Of a stretch of 32,000 nucleotides of DNA, positions 1-9,569 are shown piece after piece. Numbering within the stretch: position 1 is the first letter of the stretch; the number at the start of each line of letters is the position of its first letter. Position numbers and translations under genes: made by a program. Source of the DNA: Candidatus Hadarchaeales archaeon (GTDB lineage: Archaea > Hadarchaeota > Hadarchaeia > Hadarchaeales > Hadarchaeaceae); NCBI GenBank assembly GCA_038823825.1, contig JAWBCC010000004.1:30001-62000 (forward strand), in the 5' to 3' direction. Under the pieces are notes generated by a model. That model searched no databases. It saw only the letters and a list, made by a program, of their open reading frames with translations, and was not told the DNA's origin.

Positions 1-290
1 TCGTCCGTAACAAGCGTTGCCTCAAGGTCTAACGCCAGAGCTAGCAGCTTTGCATCGGTTTCGGATATTACGTTGCACGTTCTGACACAAATTTCTTTGA
101 CCTTCTCTAGCGAACTCTCGGAAGGGGAAAGAATCTTTACGGTTCCAGAAAGAAGCCCAGCTTCCAACCTAGACTTCGTTAACAGACCCTTCGCCTCATT
201 CAAAACTTCATCAATCGTGAAAAACTCTCCCCTTCCGGTTAAAACTAAACCGCCCACCAGCGCAGAGGTGTCAAGTACATACCTTTTCAC
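1..290 (-). CDS. nob1: rRNA maturation endonuclease Nob1, PIN domain (partial, runs off window edge)
   Basis: Manual reverse-strand translation from GTG at 290: (M)KRYVLDTSALVGGLVLTGRGEFFTIDEVLNEAKG...CNVISETDAKLLALALDLEATLVTD; PIN-domain 'YVLDTSA' and 'ISETDAKLLALAL' motifs typical of Nob1. GTG overlaps the upstream nadK stop. Confidence 0.8.
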   Translation of the reverse strand, partial: MKRYVLDTSALVGGLVLTGRGEFFTIDEVLNEAKGLLTKSRLEAGLLSGTVKILSPSESSLEKVKEICVRTCNVISETDAKLLALALDLEATLVTD

Positions 291-1081
291 AGAATCTTTT
301 CCAGACTCCGGCAAAATTCTCCCCATTTGAAAAACTTTGCCCCACTCTCAGATGCAGATATTTTTACCACACTTCCGTGGGGTAGCCTTGCTCTCTCCAG
401 CCCGTCTACTATCAAAAGCCCCTCCTGCCCGGGCAAACAAACTTCGACATCAACTCTGCTTTTAGCTGGGAGCACTATGGGCGGGATAGGCTTGCTGGAT
501 GGGCAAATTGCTGTGACCACAATGCATTCCACGCCCGGGAATATTATCGGACCTCCCGCAGCTCTGGTGTACGCGGTACTTCCTGTGGGAGTTGAGACGA
601 TGACACCATCTCCACGGAAACTGAATATCTTTTTACCATCGACAGAGACCTTCAGCGTGACAGTTTTGCCCGGAACTGCGGAAAATATCACGACATCGTT
701 CAATGCCTCGGGAATTTTCTCACCGAATTCAACCTTCAGCCTGGTTCTCTCCACAACTTCAAGCTTTTTCTCCAGCAATAGCTCAACGGCGCGCTCAGCC
801 TCGTCTTTTTTCACTTCCGCCAAGAATCCCCGATCGCCCATGTTGATGGCAAGGATGTGCGCGTCTTGAGCCAGGGCATGCGCCCTTAGAACCGTCCCGT
901 CACCTCCGAGCGTTATCACAACTTCCGCCTCTGAGATATCCGAAGCTTTCTCACCCAGAGCTCGTGCAGTTCTTTCGTCAAATAACAGCTCATGCAGCGC
1001 TGGGATTTTCTCTTTCAATTTTTTCGCCAATCTGACAGCTTCCTCTATTAGCGGATTTATCACGATTCCGATTTTCATCAA
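287..1081 (-). CDS. nadK: NAD kinase (ATP-NAD kinase)
   Basis: GGDGTVLR motif, 'GDGVIVSTPTGSTAYTRAAGGPIIFP' signature. Confidence 0.93.
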   Translation of the reverse strand: MMKIGIVINPLIEEAVRLAKKLKEKIPALHELLFDERTARALGEKASDISEAEVVITLGGDGTVLRAHALAQDAHILAINMGDRGFLAEVKKDEAERAVELLLEKKLEVVERTRLKVEFGEKIPEALNDVVIFSAVPGKTVTLKVSVDGKKIFSFRGDGVIVSTPTGSTAYTRAAGGPIIFPGVECIVVTAICPSSKPIPPIVLPAKSRVDVEVCLPGQEGLLIVDGLERARLPHGSVVKISASESGAKFFKWGEFCRSLEKIL

Positions 1082-1170
1082 GCCGTAATATGCTTAGAAG
1101 AATATTAAACTCTCGGAACTTCAGCAAACTTTTAAAGACACAAAAAAGGAAAGAAAAAGAGGTGAACAAA

Positions 1171-1563
1171 GTGGGAGTCGAAATCACGGAAGTCGGAAAA
1201 CTGAAGGAAGGAAGGTTTGTCGTGATAGACAACGAGCCCTGCAGAATAGTTGGTTTTACAACCTCTGCCCCGGGAAAGCACGGACACGCGAAAGCAAAGA
1301 TCGACGCGATAGGTATCTTTGACGGTCAAAAACACACGATCGTGAAGCCAACGAGCGCCAAAATCGAGGTCCCAATAATCGAGCGTGGAACCGCGCAGGT
1401 TCTTGCAGTTGTTGGAAATAATGCCCAGTTGATGGACCTCACGACATACGAAACTTTTGAGCTACCGATTCCCATGAACCTACGCGGAGAAATCAGAGAA
1501 GGGGTGGAAATAGAGTACATTCAAGCTCTCGGGAGAAGAAAAATTGAAAGAATAAAAACTTGA
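1171..1563 (+). CDS. Translation initiation factor aIF5A (hypusine-containing)
   Basis: 'CRIVGFTTSAPGKHGHAKAKIDAIGIFDG' hypusination loop. ORF track starts at 1090, but GTG at 1171 preceded by GAGGTG (SD-like) matches the family N-terminus better. Confidence 0.93.
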   Translation: MGVEITEVGKLKEGRFVVIDNEPCRIVGFTTSAPGKHGHAKAKIDAIGIFDGQKHTIVKPTSAKIEVPIIERGTAQVLAVVGNNAQLMDLTTYETFELPIPMNLRGEIREGVEIEYIQALGRRKIERIKT

Positions 1564-1577
1564 AAAATTCTTGAGTT

Positions 1578-1769
1578 CTACAGATCGCAGGCTCTCAATG
1601 TCTTTCTGTTGTTTTCTGAAGCTCTCTTAGCAGCTTTCTTAACAGCATCTTCAATCATGCTGTCCAATCCCTTAAAGAAGTCCTCGCTCGCTCTGACTCG
1701 CAGTTTCTTTAGAAGCTCTCTAACAGCAGATTTCACAACATATGCCACAACATCACCTCTGATTTTCAC
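1578..1769 (-). CDS. Small histone-fold protein (archaeal histone / DUF1931-like), 63 aa
   Basis: 'VRASEDFFKGLDSMIEDAVKKAAKRASENNRKTLRACDL' resembles the histone-fold C-terminal half (NxRKTlxaxDL). Confidence 0.7.
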   Translation of the reverse strand: MKIRGDVVAYVVKSAVRELLKKLRVRASEDFFKGLDSMIEDAVKKAAKRASENNRKTLRACDL

Positions 1770-1784
1770 TAGATTTCGGGTTAT

Positions 1785-2651
1785 TTAAAGATGCCGTGTT
1801 TTGAGCCAGGAAATGAATTTTTCCTCCTCTTCGGCGGGCATTGAATAGCTGTGCTCCATCGTTGGAAACTTCTTTTCTTTGGTCTCCTGTCTAAATTCTC
1901 TCAGCGCTCTTGAAATCTCCTTTCCAACTTCTGCATATTTTTTAACAAATTTCGGGACCTTTTCCGTTACCCCAATCAAATCGTGGAGAACGAGCACCTG
2001 ACCATCACAATAAGGACCAGCTCCACAACCAATCGTCGGTATACGTAATCTCTCCGTTATAGCCTTCGCCACCTGCCAAGGAACACATTCAAGAACCAGA
2101 CAGAAAACTCCTACCTTTTCGAGGAGTAGCGCATCTTCCACAAGCTTTTTTGCGGCCTCAAGACTTTTTCCCGCAACCCTATAACCGCCGATCTCCAAAA
2201 CCCATTGAGGCGTTAGCCCGATATGTCCCATAACGGGAATACCGGCTTCAACTATCGCACGAATTCTCTCAACCATCGCCCCGCTTCCCTCTACCTTGAC
2301 GGCGTGCGCGCCCGCCTCCTTGACAAATCTTCCAGCATTTTTAACAGCTTCCTCGCTGCAGGTTTGATATGACATGAAAGGCATGTCTCCAACAACCATT
2401 GCGCGATTTGCTCCCCGCGCAACTCCCCTCGTGTGATGGAGCATTTCATCCATTGTCACACCGAGTGTGTTCGGTAAGCCGAGAATAGGCCCAGCCAAAG
2501 AGTCCCCAACCAAGATCACGTCCACGCCACACTCATCGGCGATCTTCGCAGTGATGTAATCGTAAGTGGAGATCATAACTATGGGCTCGCCGCGTTCCTT
2601 CATGTCCAGCAGAGTTTCCGGTATCACTCTTTCCGTTTTCATTCCGGTCAT
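1785..2651 (-). CDS. panB: 3-methyl-2-oxobutanoate hydroxymethyltransferase
   Basis: 'MISTYDYITAKIADECGVDVILVGDSLA', 'MVVGDMPFMSYQ', 'GHIGLTPQ', 'IGCGAGPYCDGQVLVLHDLIG' PanB motifs. Confidence 0.95.
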   Translation of the reverse strand: MTGMKTERVIPETLLDMKERGEPIVMISTYDYITAKIADECGVDVILVGDSLAGPILGLPNTLGVTMDEMLHHTRGVARGANRAMVVGDMPFMSYQTCSEEAVKNAGRFVKEAGAHAVKVEGSGAMVERIRAIVEAGIPVMGHIGLTPQWVLEIGGYRVAGKSLEAAKKLVEDALLLEKVGVFCLVLECVPWQVAKAITERLRIPTIGCGAGPYCDGQVLVLHDLIGVTEKVPKFVKKYAEVGKEISRALREFRQETKEKKFPTMEHSYSMPAEEEEKFISWLKTRHL

Positions 2652-2709
2652 TATCCTCTTCCCGGCACTTACCTTTTAATTTTCTGCTATCTTAAACATA
2701 CTTGGTAGA

Positions 2710-3408
2710 ATGGAAAGTCGAAATCCACTCGGGCTGATTTCTCCTCCAGAGTTACAGGTTGCCTTGGATCTCGATACCGACATGAAAACAATTATGGAGA
2801 TCGCCGGCCTAGTTTACTCGGCTGGAGCCAGAATAATCGAAGCCGGAACTCCAGCCATTAAAAGGCATGGAGCAGACAACCTCATTCCCGCTCTTAGAGT
2901 GGCGGCCCCCGATGCGATAATCGTGGCCGATTTGAAAACAATGGATGCTGGAGACTTGGAGGCGCGCATAGCTTTTAGAGCCGGTGCGGATATCGTCGGT
3001 GTCGCAGCAATAGGAAATGAGGAAAAAATAATCGAGGCAATGGACGAGGCTCTCCGGTGGAACAAAGCAATCCTCGTGGACCTGATTGATTGTCCAGATC
3101 CGCTCGGAACCATTATGAAAATCAAAAATTTTCTCGGACCAAATTCGTCAAGAGCGATTTTCTGTCTACACATCGGGATAAGCCTGCAGAAGAAAGGTTA
3201 CCGCGTAAGTGATCAAATGGAAGTCATCAAAAGAGCGAAAATTCTGGCGGCTCCCTCTTTTTTAGCCGTGGCGGGTGGAATAAAAGAGGAGACGGCGGGC
3301 AGCTTGGCCAGCGCAGGCGCAGATATTTGTATTGTAGGAAGCGCGATTTATAAGTCAAGCGAGCCGGCTGAAGTAACCAGACGGATTTTACGAGAGATAA
3401 AGAAATAA
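2710..3408 (+). CDS. 3-hexulose-6-phosphate synthase-like / OMP decarboxylase-superfamily protein
   Basis: 'LQVALDLDTD...IIEAGTPAIKRHG...IIVADLKTMDAGDLEARIAFRAGADIVGV' HPS/HUMPS signature with DLKTMDAG active-site motif. Confidence 0.85.
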   Translation: MESRNPLGLISPPELQVALDLDTDMKTIMEIAGLVYSAGARIIEAGTPAIKRHGADNLIPALRVAAPDAIIVADLKTMDAGDLEARIAFRAGADIVGVAAIGNEEKIIEAMDEALRWNKAILVDLIDCPDPLGTIMKIKNFLGPNSSRAIFCLHIGISLQKKGYRVSDQMEVIKRAKILAAPSFLAVAGGIKEETAGSLASAGADICIVGSAIYKSSEPAEVTRRILREIKK

Positions 3409-3409
3409 C

Positions 3410-4456
3410 TCAACCAATTATTTTTTCCCATCTGACGTTTTCCTCAAAGAGTTCCTGGGCAAGTCCTTGTCTAATCTTATCGTCCGGTCTTATTTTTCCA
3501 ACAATCTTGTGGATTCTCTGCAGTGTTGTGTATGTATCGTGGGGTACGAGAATTATCGGGACTTTTTGCTCATCTGCACGGGGAAGAACTTTGACGCTAG
3601 GTCTGAGATTTCCCGTTACAATTATGGCGGAGGTGTCTGTCTCAAGCGCTGCTGAGATGATATCCGTTCTGTCTCCACCAACTATAACAAGCTTGTCCTT
3701 AACTCTCTGGAAGTATCTGAGCGCGCTATCCATTGTCATTGCTCCGATCAAAAAGCTTCTGACTAGCCTATTCATGCCCTCACGTCCAGCCAAAATCTCG
3801 CCGCCTATTTCTTCATAAATTTCCATAACTCTGGTTGCTCCGAGAGTATCATTTTCTGGAACCGAGCCCAACACTTCCAATCCATTCTTTTCTAAGATTG
3901 AACGAGCGTTTTTCTCCACGCTGGTGTTTTCCACCGGAACCTTATTTAAAACCACACCAATAATGTCTACGCCCTGCACTCTGCAATAATCTGCAAAAAG
4001 CAAAACATCGTCCAGGAATGAAGAGCTCGTCAAGCTGGTTACAAATAGTATCTTGGCCCCGATGTCCTTAGCGATTCTAGTCACTGAACATTCAATTGAG
4101 AAACCGCCAGAGAAGAAATCCGGACCGTCTATAAAAAGGATATCTTTCCCCCTAGAAATAAACCTGTAAGCCTCGATTATTTTCTTGTATACTTCTGGAG
4201 ACAATCTGTCAATTTTTCCAACCAACCCAAATTTATCGAGCGTAACCGGAGAAATTGACTCCATTTCCTCCTCCAAATCCAAAATCTCTTTCATGTTACG
4301 TACATCATCATCAATAGAGTCTTCAGATATAGCATAGCCAATGGGTTTGAAGTAGCCGATCTTTTTCCCCATATTTTTAGCCTTTAAAGCCATTGTCATT
4401 ATAAAAGTGGTCTTGCCGCTGTACTCGGTTGGAGAAACCACATAGAGTACCCGCAC
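3410..4456 (-). CDS. BioD-like P-loop + DRTGG domain protein (phosphotransacetylase N-terminal-like)
   Basis: 'SPTEYSGKTTF' P-loop; 'VIVGGDRTDIISAALETDTSAIIVTGNLRPSVKVLPRADEQKVPIILVPHDTYTT' DRTGG-like C-terminal domain. Confidence 0.8.
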   Translation of the reverse strand: MRVLYVVSPTEYSGKTTFIMTMALKAKNMGKKIGYFKPIGYAISEDSIDDDVRNMKEILDLEEEMESISPVTLDKFGLVGKIDRLSPEVYKKIIEAYRFISRGKDILFIDGPDFFSGGFSIECSVTRIAKDIGAKILFVTSLTSSSFLDDVLLFADYCRVQGVDIIGVVLNKVPVENTSVEKNARSILEKNGLEVLGSVPENDTLGATRVMEIYEEIGGEILAGREGMNRLVRSFLIGAMTMDSALRYFQRVKDKLVIVGGDRTDIISAALETDTSAIIVTGNLRPSVKVLPRADEQKVPIILVPHDTYTTLQRIHKIVGKIRPDDKIRQGLAQELFEENVRWEKIIG

Positions 4457-4458
4457 GC

Positions 4459-6582
4459 TTATTCCCTCCTTATCTTTCCAACCGTGACTCTTATATCTGC
4501 TGCTATGCAGCCTCTCCCTTCTTCATAAACGAAGAGTGGATTCGCCTCTATTTCTTCTATTTCTTCCACAGACGTTACAAGCTCCGATATCCGAAGAATT
4601 ATTTTGACTATCGAGTCTATATCAGACGGTTTTTCTCCACGTATGCCTTTCAAAAGTGTAAAAGCTTTGGTTTCTTTGATGAGTTCTCTTGCCTCCTCTT
4701 CTGTCAGAGGACAAAGCCTGTATGAGACATCACGCAAAAAGTCAACATATATTCCTCCTAATCCGAACATAACGACTGGACCAAACTGAAAATCTCTAAT
4801 CGAACCAACAATAACCTCTTTCGCTGGAGGAAGCATTTTGCAGATTTGAACTCCCAATATCTTTCCTCCCGGAATGGCTGTGCGAGCTCTTCCGATTATT
4901 TCTTCATAATACTTTCTGACTTCTTCTGCAGATCGAACATTCAAAACAACACCTCCTATATCAGTTTTATGAACAACTTCCGGAGATACGATTTTCATGA
5001 CAACTGGATATCCTATTTCTTCGGCTGCCATTACTGCTTCTTCCGGACTCCTAACCAGTCTCATGGCCGGCGTTGGTATCCCACATGCTTCCGCCAGCTT
5101 GAAGCTCTCATCCACGGTAAGATTTGCTCTTCCTTCTTCTCTGGCTTTCTTCACTATTTCTCTGACAACTTCCAAGCTTAACCCAAGCGGAGTAGGCTCT
5201 GGCGGAGGTGATCGGCTTGAATACTCATACATCTTCGCTAAAACTAGAATCGCAGATTCCGGAAATGCGAAGTTAGCCAATCCACTATCCTCTAAAATTT
5301 GAACTGTCTCCTTTCCGACACCCATGAAAATTGGAATTATGGGTTTGTCGGGAAAGATTTTTCTAACGTTTGCGATTTCCTTAGCAATTTTTTCCACCGG
5401 TGTCATCGCTTGGGGTGTGACAATTACTAAAACTGCGTCCACCCTTGCACTGGAAAGACATAACTCCAGAACTCTCCGATACCGATTTTCATCAGCGTCT
5501 CCCAAAACATCGATCGGGTTGTGGATAATGGCATGTGGCGGTAACGATTTCTCTAGTTTCTCCTTGATGTCTTCCTCCAAGAGCGGTAACTCTAGTCCAA
5601 GGCGTTCGCACGCGTCCGCAGCCAGGACTCCTGGTCCACCACCGTTCGTCAGCACTAGTACTCTTTTGCCCTTGGGTAGAGGTTGTGTTCCAAAACCGAC
5701 AACGATATCAAAAAACTGCTGTAAGGTCTCGGCCCGTATTATACCGGTCTTCTTGCAAACTGCAGAGAAAACCGCGTCAGAACCGGCAAGAGAACCCGTA
5801 TGTGACAGAGCAGCCCTTACTCCGGCTTCCGTGACTCCCGATTTTAAAACCACTATCGGCTTCAAGCGCGAAACCTTGCGACAAACCTCGACAAATCTCC
5901 TACCTTCCTTAACCCCCTCTATATAAAGTCCAATCACTTTTGTTTGTTTATCTTCGGAAACTGCCTCTATGAAATCTGCAAACGTTAAATCTGCCTCATT
6001 GCCCACGCTTATGAAGCTTGCTATTCCAATTTTCATCTGAAGCGCCCAATTAAGGATTGCGCTACCCAGAGCCCCGCTCTGCGATATTAAAGTAATATTT
6101 CCAGCTTTGGGGAATCCCGAGCTAAAAGAAGCATTCACTCTCGTTGTAGTGTTTATTAGTCCAAGACAGTTTGGCCCTAACAGACGTACTCCATAATTCC
6201 TACACGTTTCAACGAGTTCTTTTTCGAGTTTCAATCCTTGAGGTCCGATTTCACTGAATCCGGCTGATACCACCACTATTCCTTTTACCCCCTTGCGTCC
6301 ACAATCTCTGGCAACATCTGGAACCAGTGGGGCTGGAACCGAGATTATAGCTAGATCGACCTTTCCCGGCACGTCCAGAATGTTTCCATAAGTCTTGACT
6401 CCTAGGACATCCGTAGCTTTGGGATTAATCGCATAAAGCTTACCCCCAAAACCAGCCTCTATCATGTTTTTTAGGATTTTGTGACCGACCTTATTGGGAT
6501 CCCTGCTTGCACCAATCACCGCCACGGAGCTTGGAGCAAGGAAAGCCGAAAGGTCTATTTCAATCACCTCATCATTATGCAT
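4459..6582 (-). CDS. Acyl-CoA synthetase (NDP/ADP-forming), fused alpha-beta subunits
   Basis: Start moved from 6876 to ATG at 6582 (MHNDEVIEIDLSAFLAPSSVAVIGASRDPNKVG). Contains CoA-binding domain, 'ALSHTGSLAGSD' phospho-His loop, 'SPEVVHKTDIGGV' ATP-grasp motif and 'EIEANPLFV'. Confidence 0.95.
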   Translation of the reverse strand: MHNDEVIEIDLSAFLAPSSVAVIGASRDPNKVGHKILKNMIEAGFGGKLYAINPKATDVLGVKTYGNILDVPGKVDLAIISVPAPLVPDVARDCGRKGVKGIVVVSAGFSEIGPQGLKLEKELVETCRNYGVRLLGPNCLGLINTTTRVNASFSSGFPKAGNITLISQSGALGSAILNWALQMKIGIASFISVGNEADLTFADFIEAVSEDKQTKVIGLYIEGVKEGRRFVEVCRKVSRLKPIVVLKSGVTEAGVRAALSHTGSLAGSDAVFSAVCKKTGIIRAETLQQFFDIVVGFGTQPLPKGKRVLVLTNGGGPGVLAADACERLGLELPLLEEDIKEKLEKSLPPHAIIHNPIDVLGDADENRYRRVLELCLSSARVDAVLVIVTPQAMTPVEKIAKEIANVRKIFPDKPIIPIFMGVGKETVQILEDSGLANFAFPESAILVLAKMYEYSSRSPPPEPTPLGLSLEVVREIVKKAREEGRANLTVDESFKLAEACGIPTPAMRLVRSPEEAVMAAEEIGYPVVMKIVSPEVVHKTDIGGVVLNVRSAEEVRKYYEEIIGRARTAIPGGKILGVQICKMLPPAKEVIVGSIRDFQFGPVVMFGLGGIYVDFLRDVSYRLCPLTEEEARELIKETKAFTLLKGIRGEKPSDIDSIVKIILRISELVTSVEEIEEIEANPLFVYEEGRGCIAADIRVTVGKIRRE

Positions 6583-6757
6583 TACATCTAACCTAAATAA
6601 CTCGACTGAAATTATATCATGATGGATGACCCCATGAAAACGGGACCCGTTAAAGATATACGAAAGTAGAAAAAGGAAACTTGAAGAAGCCCTGAGTCTC
6701 ATAAAGACCGGAGACCACATTTTCGTTGGCTCTGCCTGCGGAGAACCCCAATATCTT

Positions 6758-8515
6758 GTGAGAGGACTGGTAGAAAAAGCAAGCCATCTTTCAGACAACG
6801 AGATTCTGCATTTATACACGCTAGGTGTGGCTCCGTATGCAGAGTCAAAATATTCCGACAGATTTAGATTAAACACATTCTTTGTTGGCGCGACGACTAG
6901 GGAAGCCGTGGCAGATGGTAGGGCTGACTACACTCCGGTGTTTCTTTCCGAACTTCCAAAAATGATTTCTAAGGGAATGGTCCCCATTGATGTTGCCCTT
7001 ATTCAAGTCACCCCACCTGATGACCACGGTTTCTGCAGTCTCGGCGTCTCGGTGGAAATCACAAAAACTGCGGCTAAAATTGCTAAACTTGTCATAGCAC
7101 AGGTTAACAGATATATGCCTAGAACGATGGGTGACAGCTTTTTACATGTCAGCGAAATCGATGTTTTCGTTAAGCATGACGAGCCAATTCTTGAAGTCCC
7201 ACCCCCCGAGCGCGATATTGTTTCAGACAGGATCGCCAGGTATGTTGCAGAGCTCGTGGAGGATGGATCCACGCTGCAGATAGGCATCGGAACAATACCT
7301 GACGCTGTTCTGGGGGCGCTTACGGATAAAAAGGACTTGGGAGTCCACACCGAACTTCTAACGGAGGGGATAGTTGACTTAGTTGAAGAAGGTGTGATAA
7401 CATGCGCTAAGAAAACTCTTCATAGAGGAAAAATTGTCGCATCCTTCGCAATGGGTACACGCAGACTCTACGATTTCATTGACAATAATCCAATGATCGA
7501 ATTCTACGAGGCTGATTACGTAAATGATCCGTTCATTATAAGTCAAAATGAGAAAATGGTGGCAATAAATCAGGCGCTTGAGATAGACTTGACAGGACAA
7601 GTTTGCGCCGACTCAATAGGATACCGATTTTACAGCGGGTTGGGGGGCCAAGCGGATTTCGTCAGAGGCGCGATACGTTCAAAAGGAGGCAAGGCGATAA
7701 CCGTTATCCCTTCTACAGCGAAAGAAGGAGAGATTTCCAGAATAAAATCCGTGCTCAGCGAAGGAGCCGGAGTGGTTTTAACGAGGGGGGATGTTGACTA
7801 CGTCGTGACGGAGTATGGTGTGGCTTGGCTGCGAGGGAAAAACATAAGAGAAAGAGCGCTCTCACTCATATCCATCGCTCATCCCCGATTCAGAAACGAA
7901 CTATTGGGCTGGGCTAAAGAAAAACGACTAGTTCCCCCAGATGTTTTGCCCTTCCCAGAAATTGAGTACCCAGAAGAGTTGAAAAAATGGGTAACCCTTA
8001 AGGAAGGAACCCGAATTCTGTCAAGGCCCATCAAACCCTCGGACGCTACTCTTAAGCAGCATCTCTTTTATGCTCTCTCGAAAGAAAGCGTGACCAAAAG
8101 ATTTTTGGGTTCCCTTAGAACGATGCCACTGAAGAGAATATGGCCATTTGTGTTAATCGATTACAACAATGAAATGAGTATAGTAGCCGTCAAAGAAAAT
8201 GAAACAGAAGACTTGATTGGGATAGGAAGCTATGTGAAGATCCCTCACACAGACTCAGCCGAGGTTTCTTTCTTGGTCAGAGACGATTGGCAGGGGCGTG
8301 GTGTGGGCAGTGCGCTTCTTCAACATCTGATCGATATCGCAAGAGCTAAGGGAATATCAACGTTTACAGCTTGGGTTTCTACAGACAATTATAGAATGAT
8401 GCACATCTTTCGGAAATGTGGATATCCCATGAAATATCGAATAGAGGGAAACCTCTACTATGTGGTCATCGACTTGACACAAAAGCTTGAAGAAAATACT
8501 AACCGAACTCTTTGA
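6758..8515 (+). CDS. Acetyl-CoA hydrolase/CoA-transferase family protein with C-terminal GNAT acetyltransferase domain (true N-terminus upstream of annotated start)
   Basis: '[14 protein letters not shown]', '[13 protein letters not shown]', '[24 protein letters not shown]'; C-terminal '[25 protein letters not shown]...[16 protein letters not shown]' GNAT motif. In-frame coding upstream (KIYESRKRKLEEALSLIKTGDHIFVGSACGEPQYL) extends to about 6638 without ATG/GTG/TTG. Confidence 0.9.
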   Translation: MRGLVEKASHLSDNEILHLYTLGVAPYAESKYSDRFRLNTFFVGATTREAVADGRADYTPVFLSELPKMISKGMVPIDVALIQVTPPDDHGFCSLGVSVEITKTAAKIAKLVIAQVNRYMPRTMGDSFLHVSEIDVFVKHDEPILEVPPPERDIVSDRIARYVAELVEDGSTLQIGIGTIPDAVLGALTDKKDLGVHTELLTEGIVDLVEEGVITCAKKTLHRGKIVASFAMGTRRLYDFIDNNPMIEFYEADYVNDPFIISQNEKMVAINQALEIDLTGQVCADSIGYRFYSGLGGQADFVRGAIRSKGGKAITVIPSTAKEGEISRIKSVLSEGAGVVLTRGDVDYVVTEYGVAWLRGKNIRERALSLISIAHPRFRNELLGWAKEKRLVPPDVLPFPEIEYPEELKKWVTLKEGTRILSRPIKPSDATLKQHLFYALSKESVTKRFLGSLRTMPLKRIWPFVLIDYNNEMSIVAVKENETEDLIGIGSYVKIPHTDSAEVSFLVRDDWQGRGVGSALLQHLIDIARAKGISTFTAWVSTDNYRMMHIFRKCGYPMKYRIEGNLYYVVIDLTQKLEENTNRTL

Positions 8516-9569
8516 GTTTTGCTGGAAGATACTCGTTTACAACATATGCCAATCCGTACTTCGCAAACGCCTGCTGCTCAGCCTTTTTCCCAAGTTCAAG
8601 CATCTTCTTTATTTCCCTTTGCCAGAATTCGGAATTGTATCTCGGGTCTTTCTGTAGCTGCTTCAACCGAGCAATATCTATCTCTCTCAACTTGTCGGTC
8701 GGGAGATCATACTCAACTATGTCTGTAGCGGTCACACCTATGAATTTCGCATCGGGGACTGCGAGCTCATGGTTGATGTATGCGAGCTTCGCGCTTCCAG
8801 AAATCACAACCATTGCTATATGAAAGCCAAATGGATCACCATCCGTGAACAAAAGCACAGGCAAGTCTAGTTCCTCGTTCACCCGCTTCAGAAATCTTCT
8901 TGTCGCTCTGGCAGCCTGTCCCTTAAGCCCCACGATTAAAGCATCAAACTTTTTCCAAGCTTCCTCCTGCAAGAGTCTGTGATACATACCCATTGTTTCT
9001 ACCGCTATTACTCTCTTTGCTTTACACTTGACAAACTCCACGTCGTCTATCGTTGGCGGTATGGTATATCCACCCCTTCCAGCTTTCGTCGCGTCTATTA
9101 CAACGTCCTCTTCTTTCAGAACTATTTCTCCGAAAACAGCCGCTCCATCTTCCTCGGGCATAAGGCCTAAATCTTCCCTTTTAATCCCAAAAGTAGCCTC
9201 TAAGTCTTCAACCATCAAATCGGATTCCGATTGATCCGAGAAGGGACCCGTCTCCCATCCTTCGGCGGTGTAGTACATTTCCCTTAGAGTTGCAAACTTT
9301 CCGCTTTCTATAAGCTCCGCGGCAAAATCTGCAACACACATAAGTTGAGCAAATTTCTTAACCTGCTTTATGTTAGCAGCGGATCTCACACTTACTTTGT
9401 TCCCAAGAACATAGTATCTGCTTTTCTCGTCGTAAACTATGTTTGATGTGCTCCTAGAGGGTATTTTCAAACGTGGTGGCACACCTTCTTCGAGCATTTT
9501 GAGAACAAGCTCGCCCAAATCAGATAACTTCTCTCTAGCTTCCTTTTTCCTCTTCCCCAGTTTTGACAT
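8499..9569 (-). CDS. top6A: DNA topoisomerase VI subunit A
   Basis: '[29 protein letters not shown]' (active-site Tyr region), '[14 protein letters not shown]' TOPRIM DxD, 'LPTDKL...[14 protein letters not shown]'. Confidence 0.96.
   Translation of the reverse strand: MSKLGKRKKEAREKLSDLGELVLKMLEEGVPPRLKIPSRSTSNIVYDEKSRYYVLGNKVSVRSAANIKQVKKFAQLMCVADFAAELIESGKFATLREMYYTAEGWETGPFSDQSESDLMVEDLEATFGIKREDLGLMPEEDGAAVFGEIVLKEEDVVIDATKAGRGGYTIPPTIDDVEFVKCKAKRVIAVETMGMYHRLLQEEAWKKFDALIVGLKGQAARATRRFLKRVNEELDLPVLLFTDGDPFGFHIAMVVISGSAKLAYINHELAVPDAKFIGVTATDIVEYDLPTDKLREIDIARLKQLQKDPRYNSEFWQREIKKMLELGKKAEQQAFAKYGLAYVVNEYLPAKLKEFG

Noticed and set aside
327-869. 180-aa plus-strand ORF
   Set aside because: Entirely antisense to a confident nadK gene; low-complexity Ser/Thr/Pro-rich composition typical of shadow ORFs.
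5324-5926. 200-aa plus-strand ORF opposite the acyl-CoA synthetase
   Set aside because: Antisense shadow of a conserved enzyme with no family resemblance.
6758-8515. Treating the CoA-transferase gene as a pseudogene
   Set aside because: Only the start region is problematic; the remaining 585 codons are uninterrupted with intact CoA-transferase and GNAT motifs, so an indel or unusual initiation is more likely.
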